Positions 37,866 through 52,700 of a stretch of 64,000 nucleotides of DNA are shown here, piece after piece. Under the pieces are notes generated by a model. It was not told where the DNA came from. It did no database searches and saw only the letters and a list, made by a program, of their open reading frames with translations. The translations under genes and the position numbers were made by a program. The stretch lies in the IMG/VR virus record IMGVR_UViG_3300013936_000013, positions 13,246-77,245 of that record; one strand, given 5' to 3'. Numbering within the stretch: the first letter of the stretch is position 1; each line of letters starts with the position of its first letter. Source of the DNA: a virus (taxonomy: Duplodnaviria; Heunggongvirae; Uroviricota; Caudoviricetes).

Positions 37866-38837
37866 ATGAAATTTGGTGTACGCGATATTACTGATGTCGT
37901 ATTTAAGGCTAAATCTAGTGTTAAGATTGGTAGTCGTACATTTGCAAAAGGTCAGCCTGTCTTGTTCATTGACTCAGCAACCGCTTCAAGTCTGGAGCAG
38001 GCTGTTACCACTGTTTACGCTCAGGGTGGACGTGGTAATGCTCGTTTGATCGCATGGGAAGGCGATAAGACTTTGACCTTTACTGTCACTGATGCTTTGC
38101 TTTCTCCTATTGGCTTTGCTATTCTATCTGGAGCTGGTCTGTTTAAGGGCGAAGATAGCGCAGAAGTTCATGTCCACTCTCATGCTAATGCTTATATTTC
38201 TAAAGCAGCTACTCCAGACAATACTTTAGAGATTGACTTGACTGATGCTCTTGAAGCTAATGAAAAGATTGATGCAACCGCACCTGTCTTTATTTGCTAT
38301 ACTGAAGCTGATGATTCTATCACTGGTGAAATTGCAACTGGTTATACTGTTGATGGTACTGGTAAGAAATTAACTAAGACTGATGCAGGCACTGTTAGCA
38401 CTGAAGCGGGTAAGACTGTTTATGTTGACTTCTATGTACTAAAGAAAGCATCTGCTGTTTCTGAACTTCAGATTAAGGCTTCTGCTTTTGGATGCAGTTT
38501 CTATGTAGAAGGCAATACTTTCTTCCGTCGTGAGTCTGACAACCAGGATATGCCTGTTGTATTGACTCTACCTAATGTAAAGATTCAGTCTAACTTCACC
38601 TTTAGTATGGCTCCTACTGGAGATCCATCTACTTTTGATTTCACTATGGATGCATTCCCTGGCTACACTATGTTTGATAGAAAACATAAGGTTCTGTGTG
38701 TAATGCAGATGATTGATGAAGCTATTGATAGCTCTGATTCTGATGAGAGCGTAATGCCACATAAGACTGGTTTTGAGATTGAAGAGTCTGCAAATGATTC
38801 TACTACCGCCAAGGGCGAAGCTGATGACGGCGAATAA
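37866..38837 (+). CDS. Major tail tube protein (323 aa)
   Basis: MKFGVRDITDVVFKAK...GGRGNARLIAWEGDK...NVKIQSNFTFSM..TGDPSTF; no TAG; followed by terminator. Confidence 0.75.
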   Translation: MKFGVRDITDVVFKAKSSVKIGSRTFAKGQPVLFIDSATASSLEQAVTTVYAQGGRGNARLIAWEGDKTLTFTVTDALLSPIGFAILSGAGLFKGEDSAEVHVHSHANAYISKAATPDNTLEIDLTDALEANEKIDATAPVFICYTEADDSITGEIATGYTVDGTGKKLTKTDAGTVSTEAGKTVYVDFYVLKKASAVSELQIKASAFGCSFYVEGNTFFRRESDNQDMPVVLTLPNVKIQSNFTFSMAPTGDPSTFDFTMDAFPGYTMFDRKHKVLCVMQMIDEAIDSSDSDESVMPHKTGFEIEESANDSTTAKGEADDGE

Positions 38838-38853
38838 TCTTAAATGATTAATT

Positions 38854-38888
38854 ATAGGGGATACTAATATTAGTATCCCCTATTTTTT
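38854..38888 (+). terminator. Intrinsic terminator (perfect 30-bp palindrome)
   Basis: ATAGGGGATACTAAT-ATTAGTATCCCCTAT plus T-run. Confidence 0.85.
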
Positions 38889-38907
38889 GTTTATATGGAG
38901 AAAAATT

Positions 38908-39975
38908 ATGATTTATAAAGGGATAGAAATAGATGAAGATGCTTTATATCAAGAGACTGTTGATACTATCCTTGATATAATGGCGGAAAATCCAGATGAA
39001 TATTTTGTTAAACCTAATGATTTTAAAACATTAAAAAGAGTAGCTTAGTTATTTGTCGCTAAAATTGATAGCTATGGGCTTGATAATATTGCATTAAGAG
39101 ACTTGTCTAGCATAGATAGAAGTGTAGTTAAACAAAATATTAAAAATGTCCGAGAGCAGTATAAATTAATGGCTACTTTTGCTGAATAGTTAGATAATTT
39201 TTTTGGACGTAGTGTTACTACTTTATGGGTTAAAACTAGTGGTAAAAATTTATCTAATCAATAGTTAATTTATGAATTAGATGAGACAAAAGCCTATTCT
39301 AAATTAACCAATGAAGGTCGTTTACCTAGCAGACGGGCCGCAAGAGTAGAATAGTCACAAGTTGAAGAGTAGCTGAATCAATTAAATACAAATATTACTT
39401 ATTTATCACCAGTATATGAAGAAACATTAAAACGTTATTATATTGGACAAAAGAAAAATGCTAATTTCCATGCGGTTTTATGGAAAGAGCGTTCTAACGC
39501 TAAAGATGCTTATGTTGATGCTAAAGGCGCTAAATGGGGTATTGGTCGAGTTTATAATAAAGGTGACATTGGAGAAGCATTTGTGGGAGCTTTAGTTAAT
39601 GAAGAAAAATATATTAAACAAAAATCTTAGTTAGAAACTCAAATTAAGAATTTTTATAATTATTATATAACTAAAGTTGATAGTATGGCGGCTGTTCTTG
39701 GAGCAGATATTGATGCGGGTAATGGTATTTAGTATGCTATTAAAACTGCAGGTTCTCGTCCGCCTTCTTTATCACAATATTATAATACAGCTAAAATTAT
39801 TATTTCTATGGAAGATATCTCAGCTGAAGATTTGGTTAAATAGATTAAAAAAGAATATCCTAGATATGAAGGCACAACTCGTAACGCAAAAGAAATGGCT
39901 CAAACTTTAGCTGAAATTACTGATTAGGCATTGCGAGAAAACTTAGAAAGTGTTACTGGTATTATCTTCAAGTAA
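38908..39975 (+). CDS. Hypothetical protein (code 15, 355 aa), invisible in the standard-code track
   Basis: GGAG RBS; one open frame with 9 TAG, ending TAA. Confidence 0.75.
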
Positions 39976-39976
39976 C

Positions 39977-40005
39977 TTGACAAACACAAAAAATTAAAGT
40001 ATAAT
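39977..40005 (+). promoter_or_regulatory. Consensus sigmaA promoter inside the tail region
   Basis: TTGACA-17-TATAAT exact. Confidence 0.8.
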
Positions 40006-40050
40006 ATAAAAAAGAAGATAGTTGAGATAAAAGGAGTTAATAATATAATT

Positions 40051-40584
40051 ATGGCAACAAATAAAATTAGCTACGCTAAAATGAATCTTAAGGTGGATAC
40101 CACAGTAAATCATTTTGATTTCAAGGGCAATGAGATTGAGGTTCTTCAATATCTGCCTGCCGCAGATAAATATGATTTTATTATGCTAACTCTTCAGAAG
40201 TCAGAAGAGGATGGTATTTATAATGAAAATAAATTGGATATGTATTTCCATTTGCATTTAATTTATATGTACACTAATATTTCTTTCACTGAAAAACAGC
40301 GGGAGGATGAATATAAACTCTATGATACTATGCAAAGTAATGGATTAATTGATGCAGTTGTTGAGCATATGCCCGCCGCAGAGTATGAGATGCTTCAGAC
40401 TCAGGTTAATGTCATGGTAGAACGGCTAACCGCACATAATCATAGTGTTTCAGCTCTTGTACAGAAAATTGTATCTGATCTTCCTCGCAATGCAGAAGCC
40501 GCCGCAAAGATGGTAGATGGATTTGATAAAGAAAAGTATTAGAATGTATTGAGATTAGCTGCTGCTACTGGAAATAGAGAGTAA
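40051..40584 (+). CDS. Putative tail assembly chaperone (code 15, 177 aa)
   Basis: Directly upstream of the tape measure; one TAG at 40540; ends TAA. Confidence 0.6.
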
Positions 40585-40607
40585 CTGGGTAAAATAGATT
40601 AAAATTC

Positions 40608-40648
40608 ATGCTTCTACTATTATATAAAAATAGTAGAAGCATTTTTTT
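40608..40648 (+). terminator. Intrinsic terminator
   Basis: ATGCTTCTACTAT...ATAGTAGAAGCAT plus T-run. Confidence 0.75.
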
Positions 40649-40682
40649 ATATCTAAAATAATGCAAGGAGGAAAAGGAGTTT

Positions 40683-43600
40683 ATGGCAAATAATACTAGA
40701 AAAAGAATTTAGTATGACGTTGGCTTTAATACTGATACTAAATAGCTTGATGAAGTTAAAAAATAGTTGCAAGAAATCTCTAAGCTAACTAATACTAAAT
40801 TCAAACAAAATGGTATTTTTTCAACAGACGAAATGTAGAAGATTCGTTCTGTTGCCACAGAAGTAAGTAACGCTATTAATAAGGCTTATAATCCTAAGAT
40901 TAATAGTGTTAATATTACTAAATTTAATGCTGAATTAGCTAAGTCTAATTTAACAGTTAAATAGATTTATGATAATTTTAATAAAGTTGGCACAACAGGT
41001 CAAAATGCTTTTAGAAACTTAGAGACCTCTTTGCTAACTACAAATAAAGAATTAAAATAGACACATACTTTCTTAGATAATATTGCTACCACTCTAAGCA
41101 ATACTATTAAATGGAATGCGGCTAGCGGAGCTGTAAATGCCCTTACAGCTAAGATTTCTGGCGCGGTTTCCTATGTTGAAAGACTCGATAGCTCTCTGAA
41201 TGATATCCGCATTGTTACTGGATAGTCTGCGGATGAGATGGATAAATTTGCGGTTAAAGCTAATAAAGCCGCAGAGAGCTTAGGTAAATCTACTCTAGAC
41301 TACACCAAAGCCGCATTAACTTATTATCAGCAAGGTCTATCTGATGACGAAGTTGCCGCTCGTACAGAAGTTACAATGAAGGCTTCTAACGTTACTGGAC
41401 AGAGTACTGATGACGTAGCAGAGCAGCTAACCGCAGTTTGGAATGGTTTTAAGGTAGCCGCAGAAGATACTGAAGAGTATGTTGATAAACTTGCTGCTGT
41501 TGGTGCTGCAACTGCATCTGACTTGGAAGAGTTATCTACTGGTATGGCTAAGGTTGCATCTGGTGCTGCCAGTATGGGTGTCAATATTGACCAATTAACT
41601 GCAAGTCTAGCAACCATCGTGTCTACTACCCGCCAAGATGCGTCCTCTGTCGGTACCGCATTAAAGACAATTTATTCTCGTATCGCTGATATTGAAGCGG
41701 GCTCTGAAGACGCAGAAGTTTCTCTAGGTAATTATTCTGGTAAAATGGCGGAGCTAGGATTTAATGTTCTAGATTCTGAAGGCAAGATGCGTGACCTAGG
41801 CGAAGTCATGGAAGAAATTGGTAATGACTGGGAAAATCTAAGCCGCGAGCAATAGATTTATCTAGCACAGACCATGGCTGGTACTCGTTAGTACAACAAC
41901 TTAATCGCTCTGTTTGACAACTGGGAGCAATATCAATCTGCATTAAATGTATCTTAGAAGGCAGCTGGCACTTTACAGCAACAGCAGAATGTCTACCTAG
42001 AGTCTACAACCGCGCATATTAATGAACTGAACACTGCTTGGGATAGTTTATATAATTCTACTCTTGATGCAGGTACTATTAATGCTGTTACCGATGGATT
42101 AAAAGTATTAGTTAAGCTAACTGATAACTGGATTCAAAGTATTGGCGGCGGCAAAGGAGCTTTATTGAATCTTGGAGCTATTGCTACCAATGTATTTAGT
42201 AAGTAGATTGCAAGCAGTATTGCTATTAGTATTAACAATTTAAAGACAGAAAGACAATAGATTGAAGAGATTCAGGCTAGATTAAAACTTACTGATGAAG
42301 TAAGAAATGATAAAACTTATGACGATGAAGCAAGAGCTATTGCTTAGATGGCGAATGATAGCACTAAATATACTAGCGTTATGTCTCAATCTCAATAGGA
42401 ATATGCTAATAATTTAATTGAAACTTAGACTTAGCTATTAAATCAAAAGGCAGCTTATGATAAAGCTAGTGCGTCTGCGGTTGAATATCTAAAGAATCAT
42501 CAGTCTACTTAGAATTTAGGGCTAAATAATGATGATGAACGGCTTGAAACCTCAAAGAAATTAGAAGATTAGCTAGAAGATTTAAATGTCCAATTAGTTG
42601 AAGAAGCTGAAAATTATAGTAGATTAAAGGCTGTTTTAAGAGACACTGACTTAGCCTATGATGATGAACTTCAAAATACTAATACCATGGGTGCCGCCTA
42701 TGTTGAGAATAAGAAGGCGGTTTAGGCTTTCTTAGAGACATATCAAGCTCTTTAGAATGAGATGAAGACTAATGCAGGTAGCTTCAAGTAGGGCGATGAC
42801 GCATTATTCGCAAGTCGAGTTAATGAATGGCAAACCGCGTTATCTGATGCGGTAAATAGACATTCAAGCGATATTGGATTCTAGTCTTTAAATGGCGACG
42901 CTCAAGGTCAATTAACTTATCTATTGACTGTTGATGATTAGCTACAAACTACATTTGATAATGTTTCTGGCTCTTTCTCTCGTATGGTTGGAGAAATGGC
43001 GGATTAGGCTAACACTGCGGCAGCCGCAGTTGCTAATGCCGCTACTGGAGCTGGTGATACTCTTAATACTAAAATTAATGAGAACAAAGCTAAGTTTGAT
43101 GAATTAGTAAAGACTATTTCTAATCCTAAAAATATTCAAGGTATTATTTAGATTGCTGGTGGATTAACTTCTTTAACCGCAACTATTTCAAATGTATAGA
43201 GCACTTGGGAAGCTCTTAATGATGATAGTCTTAGCGGAACTGAAAAATTAACTCAAGGTGTTACTGGATTATTATCTATTATTACCACAGTAAGTATGGC
43301 AATTTCTTCTCTTCATAAAGGATTAGCTGTCTTTGGTTTAACTGGTCTTGCTGCAGGCGGTGTTATTGCTGGCGTTATTGCAGCTGGCATTGCTATCGCT
43401 GCAGTAGTCAAGCATATTGATAATGTAAATAAAGCTGCTGAAAATTCAAGAAAGAAAATTGCCGAAAGTAGTAAAGAGTTTGAAGAAGCTACTTCTAATT
43501 TAAAGACTTATAATGATGAGTTAAAAACTAATAAAGAGAGATTAGAAGAGTTAGCTAAAATTAAGCAAGCTGATTTAACTAGTTCTCAAAAAGAAGAAAT

Positions 43601-46600
43601 TGCAAATCTAACTGCATAGAATGCTTTACTAGAAACTTAGATTGCATTAGAAGAGCGTAGACGCCAGTCTGCAATGGATGAAACTATCTCTCAGTATGAA
43701 GAGGATTCTGCTAAGGGTATTTATTCTAAAGATCATACTTATGATACCACAGATATAGGCACTGTTTAGTCTCAGACTTTAGACTTTAATGATCCTAATG
43801 CTTGGACTAAATATGAAGCTAGTGTTCGCGCGGCGGCTGCAAAGTAGCCTGAAAATAGTTTAGATTACGCATAGATGAATGCGTCTTTGGATGCCGAAAA
43901 GAAAGCCTTTGAGTAGGCTCAATAGGATTATGTATCTTTCTATGCGGATAATTTTGAAACTTTACAATAGGTTGTAGATGCTTATATTGCAAAGGGAAAA
44001 GAAATTCCCGCATCCTTAAATGAAGATATGAAACAATCTATGGAAGCTGCGGGAACTTATGAAGCTACCGCAAACTCTTTAGTATCATAGATTGTTGGAG
44101 ATAATGAATCTCTTTGGGATGATTTAACCGAAAAGGCTAAAGAAAAAGGTTCTGATTAGACTTGGGAACAGGTGCTTCCCGCAAGTACTTTCAATAAATT
44201 TAATGATATTGTTAAAGAAACTGGTTTGTCAGTTGAAGATGTGCTAACAACCGCATTAGGCGATGGCACTTAGTCTTTTGATGCCTTTAATAATAAAGTT
44301 CAAGAGTCTATTGAAAAACTAAAAGTTGGAACCACAGCTACTGATGAAAATGTATCTGCTCTATCTGAATTAATTAGCAAGATTCAAACTAAAGGTTCTG
44401 ATTCTCTAACCGATAAAGAACTGCGAAGTCTTGAATCTCTTGAAACTCAATTAGGCAAGGTTAGTACTAAATATTCTACATTAGCTACTTTAAGAAGAAC
44501 TAATGAACAAGAATATATTAAGCTGTTAAAAGAAGGGCGCGAATAGCTACGTCAATAGACTATTCAAGAAGCAGCTTAGAAGATTACTGAAGGTCGGTCC
44601 GCCGCAGCTCATGGAAGTACTTCTTTTACGACTGGTAATAAAAGTAATAATCCATAGCAAGTTACTGTTGGTGTTAATTTTGACGATAAAGACTTCCGTG
44701 CTGACATGGATGAATTGCTCAATGAAAAATATGAGTTAAATATCCAAGTTAATACAGACATGTAGGAATCTACTAATGAAATTCTGGATTCTTATGATGT
44801 ATTGCAAAAGGCATTTAATAAGATTGACAAAAATCTAAAGATGTCTGGCGAGAGTGTTGTTGATTTAATGCAGACATTTCCGCAGTTAGCTGATTCTTTA
44901 TTAGCTAATTCTAAGCGTGCATCTGATGGTTCTATTCAATTTACTAAAGCTGGATTTGAAGCATTTAAGACTGCGGCTATGCAGGAAATGGCAGCAAACT
45001 CTCAAGTTACTAAACAGAAAATTGAGAATCAAATTATTGAGTATGATGCTGAAATTGAGAAAACTGAAAATGCTATCGCCGCATTAGATACTTACATTGA
45101 TGCCTGTGAGCAAAGCGGCACTGATGAAACTGATTTAAAGCAGGCGGCTAATGAAGCTATTGATGAGCTAAATACTCAAATGTATAACAATGCAGTTGAG
45201 TTAGCGACTCAATCTGATAATCAGATTCTTGATAATAATAAAGAAATGCTTGATTAGGTAGCTGAAGATTTGGGGCTATCTCTTGAAGATTAGGCTGCAT
45301 TATGGAGCTCTTATGCTAAAGATGTAACTAAGAATCTTGAAGAAATTTCTCGTGGACAATAGGCTATTACTAATAATGAAGCATATACTCCTAATTTACA
45401 AGCTATTGACCCATCTAATTATCGTACAACTTATAGAACTGGCGGCGGAGATTTAAAAAGCGAGGAAATTACATCTGAAGGTATTAGCGATGAAGCATTA
45501 TCTAAAGTTAATGATGTTGTTAGTGCAAGAGCTACTAGAGATAAATTAGAGAATTATTTAACTACTTTAAAAGCTAGCAAAGCTACACTAGAAGGATTTG
45601 CTGCTTAGATTGATGCGGCAAATGTATCTTTAGGAGACTTCCAAGGTAAGGGTGGTAGCTCTAGTAGTGGAAGCTCAACCGCACATATCGCTGATATCTT
45701 AGATAAATTAACTGATGAGTTAGATGCCTACCATGATATTAATATTGAAATTTCTCGATTAGAAGATTCCTTAGACTTGTTGTAGGCTAAATAGAAGAAT
45801 CTATATGGTACTGAATTATTATAGAATTATGCTGATTAGATTACTAATATTAATGCTCAGTATGATAAGCAAAAAGAAAAATTAGAAATAAATGATAAAG
45901 TTTTAGCTCATACTAAAGAATTAATGAGCAATATGACTTTAACTGATAAAGAAGGCAATGCTTTAGCTGTTTAGTATGATGAAGATGGACAAATTTCTAA
46001 TTATAATGAAATATTAGAATCTTTAAAAGAAAAATATAATGCTGATGTAGAAACTTATAATAAAAAGAGTTATAAAGATTAGAATACTGAAGCGGGAAAG
46101 ACTTTAAAGTCAGATATTGAGCAGGAAAAGAAAACCTATGAGTTGTTATAGACTTATATGGATGCTTATAATACAGCTTTAAATGAAACAGGTCCAGAAG
46201 CTGAAAAGCAAATGGAAGAATTAAAGAATCAATTAGCTGATATTTATAAGACATTAGGTGATATTAGTACTTATCATATTGCAGATAGAGTCAAAAAAGA
46301 TACTTCTATTATTGATTCTGCATTAGAAGAAGCTGAAAGTACTTTATCTTCTTTACAATCTCAATTTGAAAGTTTAGAATCGGTGTCTGATGGTTTATTT
46401 GGAGATGAATTTATTTCTGCTACAAATAAAGCTATTTCTGCATTAAATACTAAATTATTAGTTGGTGTCTTACAGCTGGGCAAGGCAATGTGGGATACTA
46501 AGAATGATGTTGATGATACTAAAGATAATATGCTTGACCTAGCTAACGTGCTATCAGGTACTAAAAAAGCATTAGATAATTTAGCTAAATCAGATGTTTT

Positions 46601-49600
46601 TAAAGATGATAAATACGGTATTTCTTCTCTAATCAATGGATTAAATGGTATTAATTTTGACCCAAATAATGCAAAGACTTGGGTCGAAAGTTTTAAATAG
46701 ATTTCTAATTTAATTGAGCAATTTAGAAATCTTGAAAATTAGGCTATCGCTGCAGGCGACACTTCTGCATACGAGTAGCTGCAAGGGCTTTCATCTCAGT
46801 TGTCTTCAACAGTTGGAGCTTTGGCGGGTTCTATCACCTCTGCCGCAAGTACAATAGTAAATGCATTAATTAACTTTATTAATGTAGTTAATACATATTC
46901 ACAAAAAATGTCTGAAATCAGAGTTGCAAGAGCTAATATCCAAGCCGATTCTGCTATTGAAATTGATGATATGATTTCTAAATGGCAAGATTTTAGAAAA
47001 GTCATGGAACATATTAAAGATAATGACTATTTAGGAAAATTAAAATAGGATTTAAGAGATATTGTTGAATTACTAACTGGCGATACCTCTTTTAGTTTAA
47101 GTCATATTGATGATTTAGATGTCGATTCTTTTAAGACTAAAATTGATACTGCATCAAGTGGTATTTAGATTTTAATTAATCAAGTTAGTAAATTAAACTC
47201 TAATATTGATAATGGCTCTTATAAAAAAGATTATGCAAGTGGTATTTTATGGTGGTATGATGATGGATTATCTAACGCCATTGATGATTTAAATAGTTAT
47301 TCTGAATCGCTAGAAGACTCTTTAGAAAAAATAGAAAATTTAATTACTGATTTTGAATCTAATTTTGTTAATGCTTGGAGCGAAATTGGTGATTAGTTAG
47401 GAAAGCAAGTTAAACGTTATGAAACTATAACCAATGAGATTGAACATAAAAAGAATATGATGACTCTTCTCTATGGAGATGAAGCATATACAGAACTTGA
47501 ATCTTGGTATAGTTTATAGAATCAAGTAAACCAAGGACAACTTGAATTTGAAAAATAGCAAGTTGATTATTGGGAAAAGAGAATGAATGAACTTGAAGAA
47601 GGCTCTGAAGCTTGGAAAGAAGCTGAAGCTCAATGGCAATCTGCATTAAGCTCTTTCAATTCTGCTCTTGAATCTGCAATTTAGAATATTATTGATAAAT
47701 ATTCTAATGCAGTTAATAAAATTTTTGCTAATATGACTAATTAGCTAACTAACGGTGCAGGTTTGTCTTGGCTACAAACCGAGATAAACTTAATGAATAA
47801 ATATTCAGATCATTATCTTGATGGTATTAATTCTATTTATTAGATTACTAGTTTATAGAATAAGTTCATGGATGCTATCAATAATGCTGAAGGCAACGTT
47901 ACTGCACAAGAACGCATTAAGAAATTAATGGATGAACAGTTAGCTGACTTGAAATCAAGAGATAAACTGACCAAGTATGATGTTGAACGTGCTGAAAAAT
48001 TACTGGACATTGAAACCGCGCGGCAGGCGCTTAAGGATGCGCAAAACAATAACTCTAAGATGCGTTTAACACGCGATTCACAAGGCAATTATTCTTATTC
48101 TTATGTAGCTGATGAAGACGCTATTAACGAAGCAGAATAGAAGTTAGCTGATGCTTAGAATAGTCTTTATAATTTTGATAAAGATTAGTATTCATAGAAT
48201 CTTTCTGATATGTATTCAATATATGAAGAATATATGAATAAAATGAAAGAAATTGCTACTAATCAAAATCTTGATGAAGAAGAGCGTCAAAGATAGCTAA
48301 CTGAATTAACTTAGAAGTATCAAGAATACATTACTGGCTTAACACAAGATAATGAATAGATTCGTTCTAATTTAGCTGATTCTACTTTCCAAAATTATTT
48401 TGCTAATTAGGAAATTGCGAGAGATACCACTTTTTCCAATTATCAAGAATTTATGAATTATTGTTAGTAGGCTGGTTTATCTTTTGATGAAACTACTGGA
48501 AAAATGACTACTGATATATCTAGTTTATCAGAAGAATCTAAAAATAAATTGAAAGATTTTGGACTTGTTTTTGATGATGAAACTGGTTAGTTAAAAGTTA
48601 ATTGGAAAGACATGACTGAAGATAATAAACTTAAATTCAGTGAATGTATTAATACTAATGTTCCATTGTGGAAATCCGCTATACAAGGGATGATTGGTAG
48701 AATGAATACTGATGAAGATAGCTTTAAAAATATGTCTACTAAAGCTCTTGATGAAATTAAATAGGCTTAGATTAACTATAATAAAGAAGTTGAAGCTACT
48801 AAAGCAGCTATTGGAGGAATTGATTTTACTAAAGTAAATGAAGGCTCTGCAAAATGGCAAGGATATATTACAGATATTCGAGATAAAAATAAAGAGATTA
48901 TCAGCAGTAATGAAACTTTAGCAAATAAATTAATTGCAGTTAATGACAAGTTAAAAGAAGCTAAAGCATCTTATGATAAAATCAAATAGGATGCAGAAGA
49001 AACTCTTGCAGCTGCTCAAAAAACAGCTGCTTTAAATGTTAGTGACACTAAAGATGATGAGCTAAATAAAAAATATGCTAATGCTAAAGCAGCAGCAACA
49101 ACTGGCACTACCGTTGGTGGAGCAGCAGCTGGTGCTACCATTGGTACGGCTATTGCGCCAGGTGTAGGTACCGTTGTTGGTGGATTAATTGGAGGCGCAG
49201 TTGGCTTTATCGGAGGCCTATTAGGCTTTGATAGTGGCGGTTATACAGGTCAATGGACTAGTAAGGGATCAACTGATGGAGGTAAACTTGCTGTCTTACA
49301 TGAAAAAGAATTAGTTTTAAATGCTGAAGATACTAAAAACATTTTGGCGGCGGTAGATACAGTGCGGTCTATCTCAGATTCTCTGCGCGGACAAGCTCTA
49401 GAAACCGCAAATAGCTACACATCAGATTTAGACGCCGCAACGCCAATAGTTACTCAACCAATCACTCAATCTGTATAGCAAGATGTTCATATTGATGCTA
49501 CATTCCCAAACGTAACTGATCATAATGAAATCGAACTAGCTATGAATAATCTAATGAATACTGCTTCTTAGAAAGTCATGGAAAAGAATATTGATAATGT

Positions 49601-49625
49601 AAATATTGGTAAACTTTCAACCTAA
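40683..49625 (+). CDS. Tape measure protein (code 15, about 2980 aa)
   Basis: All six track fragments in one frame; TMP core (GVNIDQLTASLATIV...ASSVGTALKTIYSRI); C-terminal glycine zipper and FDSGGYTG..GKLAVLHEKELVLN; AAGGAG RBS; TAA plus terminator. Confidence 0.85.
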
Positions 49626-49628
49626 TCT

Positions 49629-49659
49629 ATGGGGAGACTTATGTCTCCCCATTTTTTTT
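49629..49659 (+). terminator. Intrinsic terminator after tape measure
   Basis: ATGGGGAGAC-TTAT-GTCTCCCCAT plus T-run. Confidence 0.85.
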
Positions 49660-49728
49660 ATTTGGTATAATACTATTAATTAACATTACCCAATTTTTAT
49701 ATAATATAAAATGAGAGAAAAGGAGAAA

Positions 49729-52700
49729 ATGCAAATGGCGTCTTATGAAGAAACATTGTGCCAAGCTATGTAGTTAATTGCTGAAAATGCAGTTAAAAAT
49801 GCTGGCTATGACAAAACCATTTAGGCAACAATAATTAGTTGTGAAGATAAGACAACAGGTTGCTATAAAGTTTAGTATTAGGATAATATTTTTCTTGCTT
49901 ATTCAGCAGATACTAAAGTGAATTATACTAAAGGTAATTTAGTATATATTTTAATTCCTAATAGTAATTTTGATAATAATAAAACTATCTTAGGTTCTGT
50001 AACTAAAATGGGGTCTGATTATATTGACGTTACAGATGAAAAGGATTAGTACGAAATTATTGGTAATAATATTTGTCAATAGGATAAAGAATTTAAATTA
50101 AGCACTTATGAAACTGCGGTTAAGGTGCTATATGATGCGGAGACCTCGATTGATGAGCTTGGATTGAGCGAATTTGATGCGGGAGAGTACCTATCAAGCG
50201 CCACATATCTAATGCTAACCGCATCTATTAAAACAAGTATAGCCGCATCACAACGTTATTTAGGTAATTATGGATTATTAGTCGAAGCAGAGTTTAAGGA
50301 TAATGCAGGTACTGACACTATTGTTTCTAAAAGCTATATCTTAGATGTTAATGCAATGACTGGTAATCCCTATAAATATATACAAATCTCTCCGCAGTAC
50401 AATTTTTATATTGCTAATGGAGCTAATTTTAAACGATTTACTAAAATTTCGTTGTTTGTGAAGGATTTTCCAGAATAGAAAAAATCTGAAGAAATTTTGC
50501 CAGAAGATTATGATATTACTATTTCTAATATTGGAATCTATGCGGCTAAAAAAAATGAAGCTGATAGCGATGGCTATTCAGTATCTTTCTCAGTTCCTGA
50601 AGGGTTATACTTTAATGAAAAGCAAACAAATGATAAGCACATTACAGCAATAGCTAAAGCTAAGAATATAGCTTTAACCGCAGAGTCTGCAAGTATGTCT
50701 TACTATTGGTTTATTCAAGATAACAGCATTGAATTAGACAGTCTTGATTATTGCTTATATGGCGGTCGTGGCTGGAAGTGTTTAAATCAATATAACACTC
50801 TATCTGATAACCCTGTCACTAGAGAGTGGCTTCCCGCGAGTGCTGAATACGTATTATCTCTTGATAATGCTAAATTATATGATAATCAACTTAAAGTTGT
50901 TATTTTATATAATGATATTACTTTATCTAATACGATTAGCATTAAAAATTATACGGCTAAGCATTAGGTTTCTATTGATTCAGATACTACCTAGTTTTAT
51001 TTTGATAATGGTTCAACTAAGTTGACTTGTAATGTGACCAATGTAGAAGGACTTATTTTAACTTATCATTGGGTAAAATATGAATCAGATGGTAGCTCAA
51101 CTATTATAGATACTCGCACTAATACTATTCAAGTTAATGCGAGCGACATAGTAGAATCTGCAAGATACGAATGCACTGTTTATTATGAAGATGAATTATA
51201 TGGTACTGCCGCTATTACTTTGTATAATAGCTTAACTATGGAAGGTAGTTATCATATTGAAATTGAGAATAGCACACAAGTCTTTAAATATAATGAAGAT
51301 GGAGTTTCACCTGCTAGTTCTTCACTAGCTTAGCCGCAAAAGCTGAAAGACTTAAAAATTATTTTATACGATAATTTAGGTAATCAAATTGGCGATTCTG
51401 TTGTTAGTCAATGTCCTATTGAATGGAAAGTGCCTACCACCAATTCTATGTTAAATGTAGCTAATGTTAATTCTGATATTACAGTAGAAAAAAATGAAGG
51501 CTATGATTTATATAAGAATAATGCTAGCTTAAAAATGGGAATTGCTAGTATTTATAATTATAATAATACTAATAATAATATTGAAGCTAGATTGGTTTAT
51601 AACGGAATTAGATTAACCGCATCTACAAACTTTATTTTTATTAAGGAAGGTGAGGTTGGCTCAAATGGCACAAATATTGTTTGCCGCATTATTCCTGATA
51701 CTATTGATAATAATTATTCATTTCCTGTTTGTATTTATTTTAAAGATTAGCATATTTATCCTAACTTTAATAGTATTAGTGGTGATATTCCTAAGTTTAA
51801 AGCGCTTCTTTTTGAGAATGGTGAAGAAATAACTTATGATAAAGTAGAATGGAGCTTTCTAACTAATAACTATGGACGTACTTCTGCAGGAGTCAAGATT
51901 GAAGACCCAACATTCTATTCAGTAGATTCAACAGGAAAGGTCTCATGTCGATTAACTTCAGATGAGGAACCCGCTAACATTCTACAAGCGAAAGTAACAT
52001 ATAATGGTAATATTTATTATGCTACTCTACCTCTCGTTACTATTGAATTAAAGAGCAATTATAATGCGGTTTTGAGTAATGGCTTCTATTATGCTGAGTA
52101 TAACAATAGTGGCAATAGTGCTAAATATGATAGTTCTATTCCTTTTAAATTTACTGTTTTAGATAATGATAAAGATATTAGTTTAGCTGATGATATGACC
52201 TATACTTATGGTGTAGTAGGTTCTTATTATAATAATGGAAGTTGGGTATCTCAAAAGCATCTAACTTTAAGTGCGGCTAAGCTAGATAAAAATAAGAAAT
52301 CAGTTAAACCTAGTCTAACCTATCAAGATGAAACTCTTAATAATGCGGTTTGGTGTATCGTTAAGAAGAATAATATTGATATTATTCACTTCCATATTCC
52401 TGTGCATTTTTATTTAAACCGCCACGGTTTTGCTAATCTTAACGACTGGAACGGTAATGGCATTGAACTTAATAGTGATGGTGGATATATCCTAACACCG
52501 CAAGTAGGTGCAGGTAAGAAGGATGCTAATAATAGATTTACTGGGCTCTTGATGGGTGAGGTAAAAGAGAGCGGAACTTCTAAATCTGAAATTGGTTTGT
52601 TTGGATTCTTAAATGGATTAAGAACTATCTTCTTAGACGCAGAAACAGGCACTGCTGAATTTGGTATTCCTGGCGGCGGACAGATTAGAATTGACCCTAG

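Noticed and set aside
40051-40683. Programmed -1 frameshift chaperone pair before the tape measure
   Set aside because: No second overlapping ORF or clear slippery site; a terminator follows the single gene.
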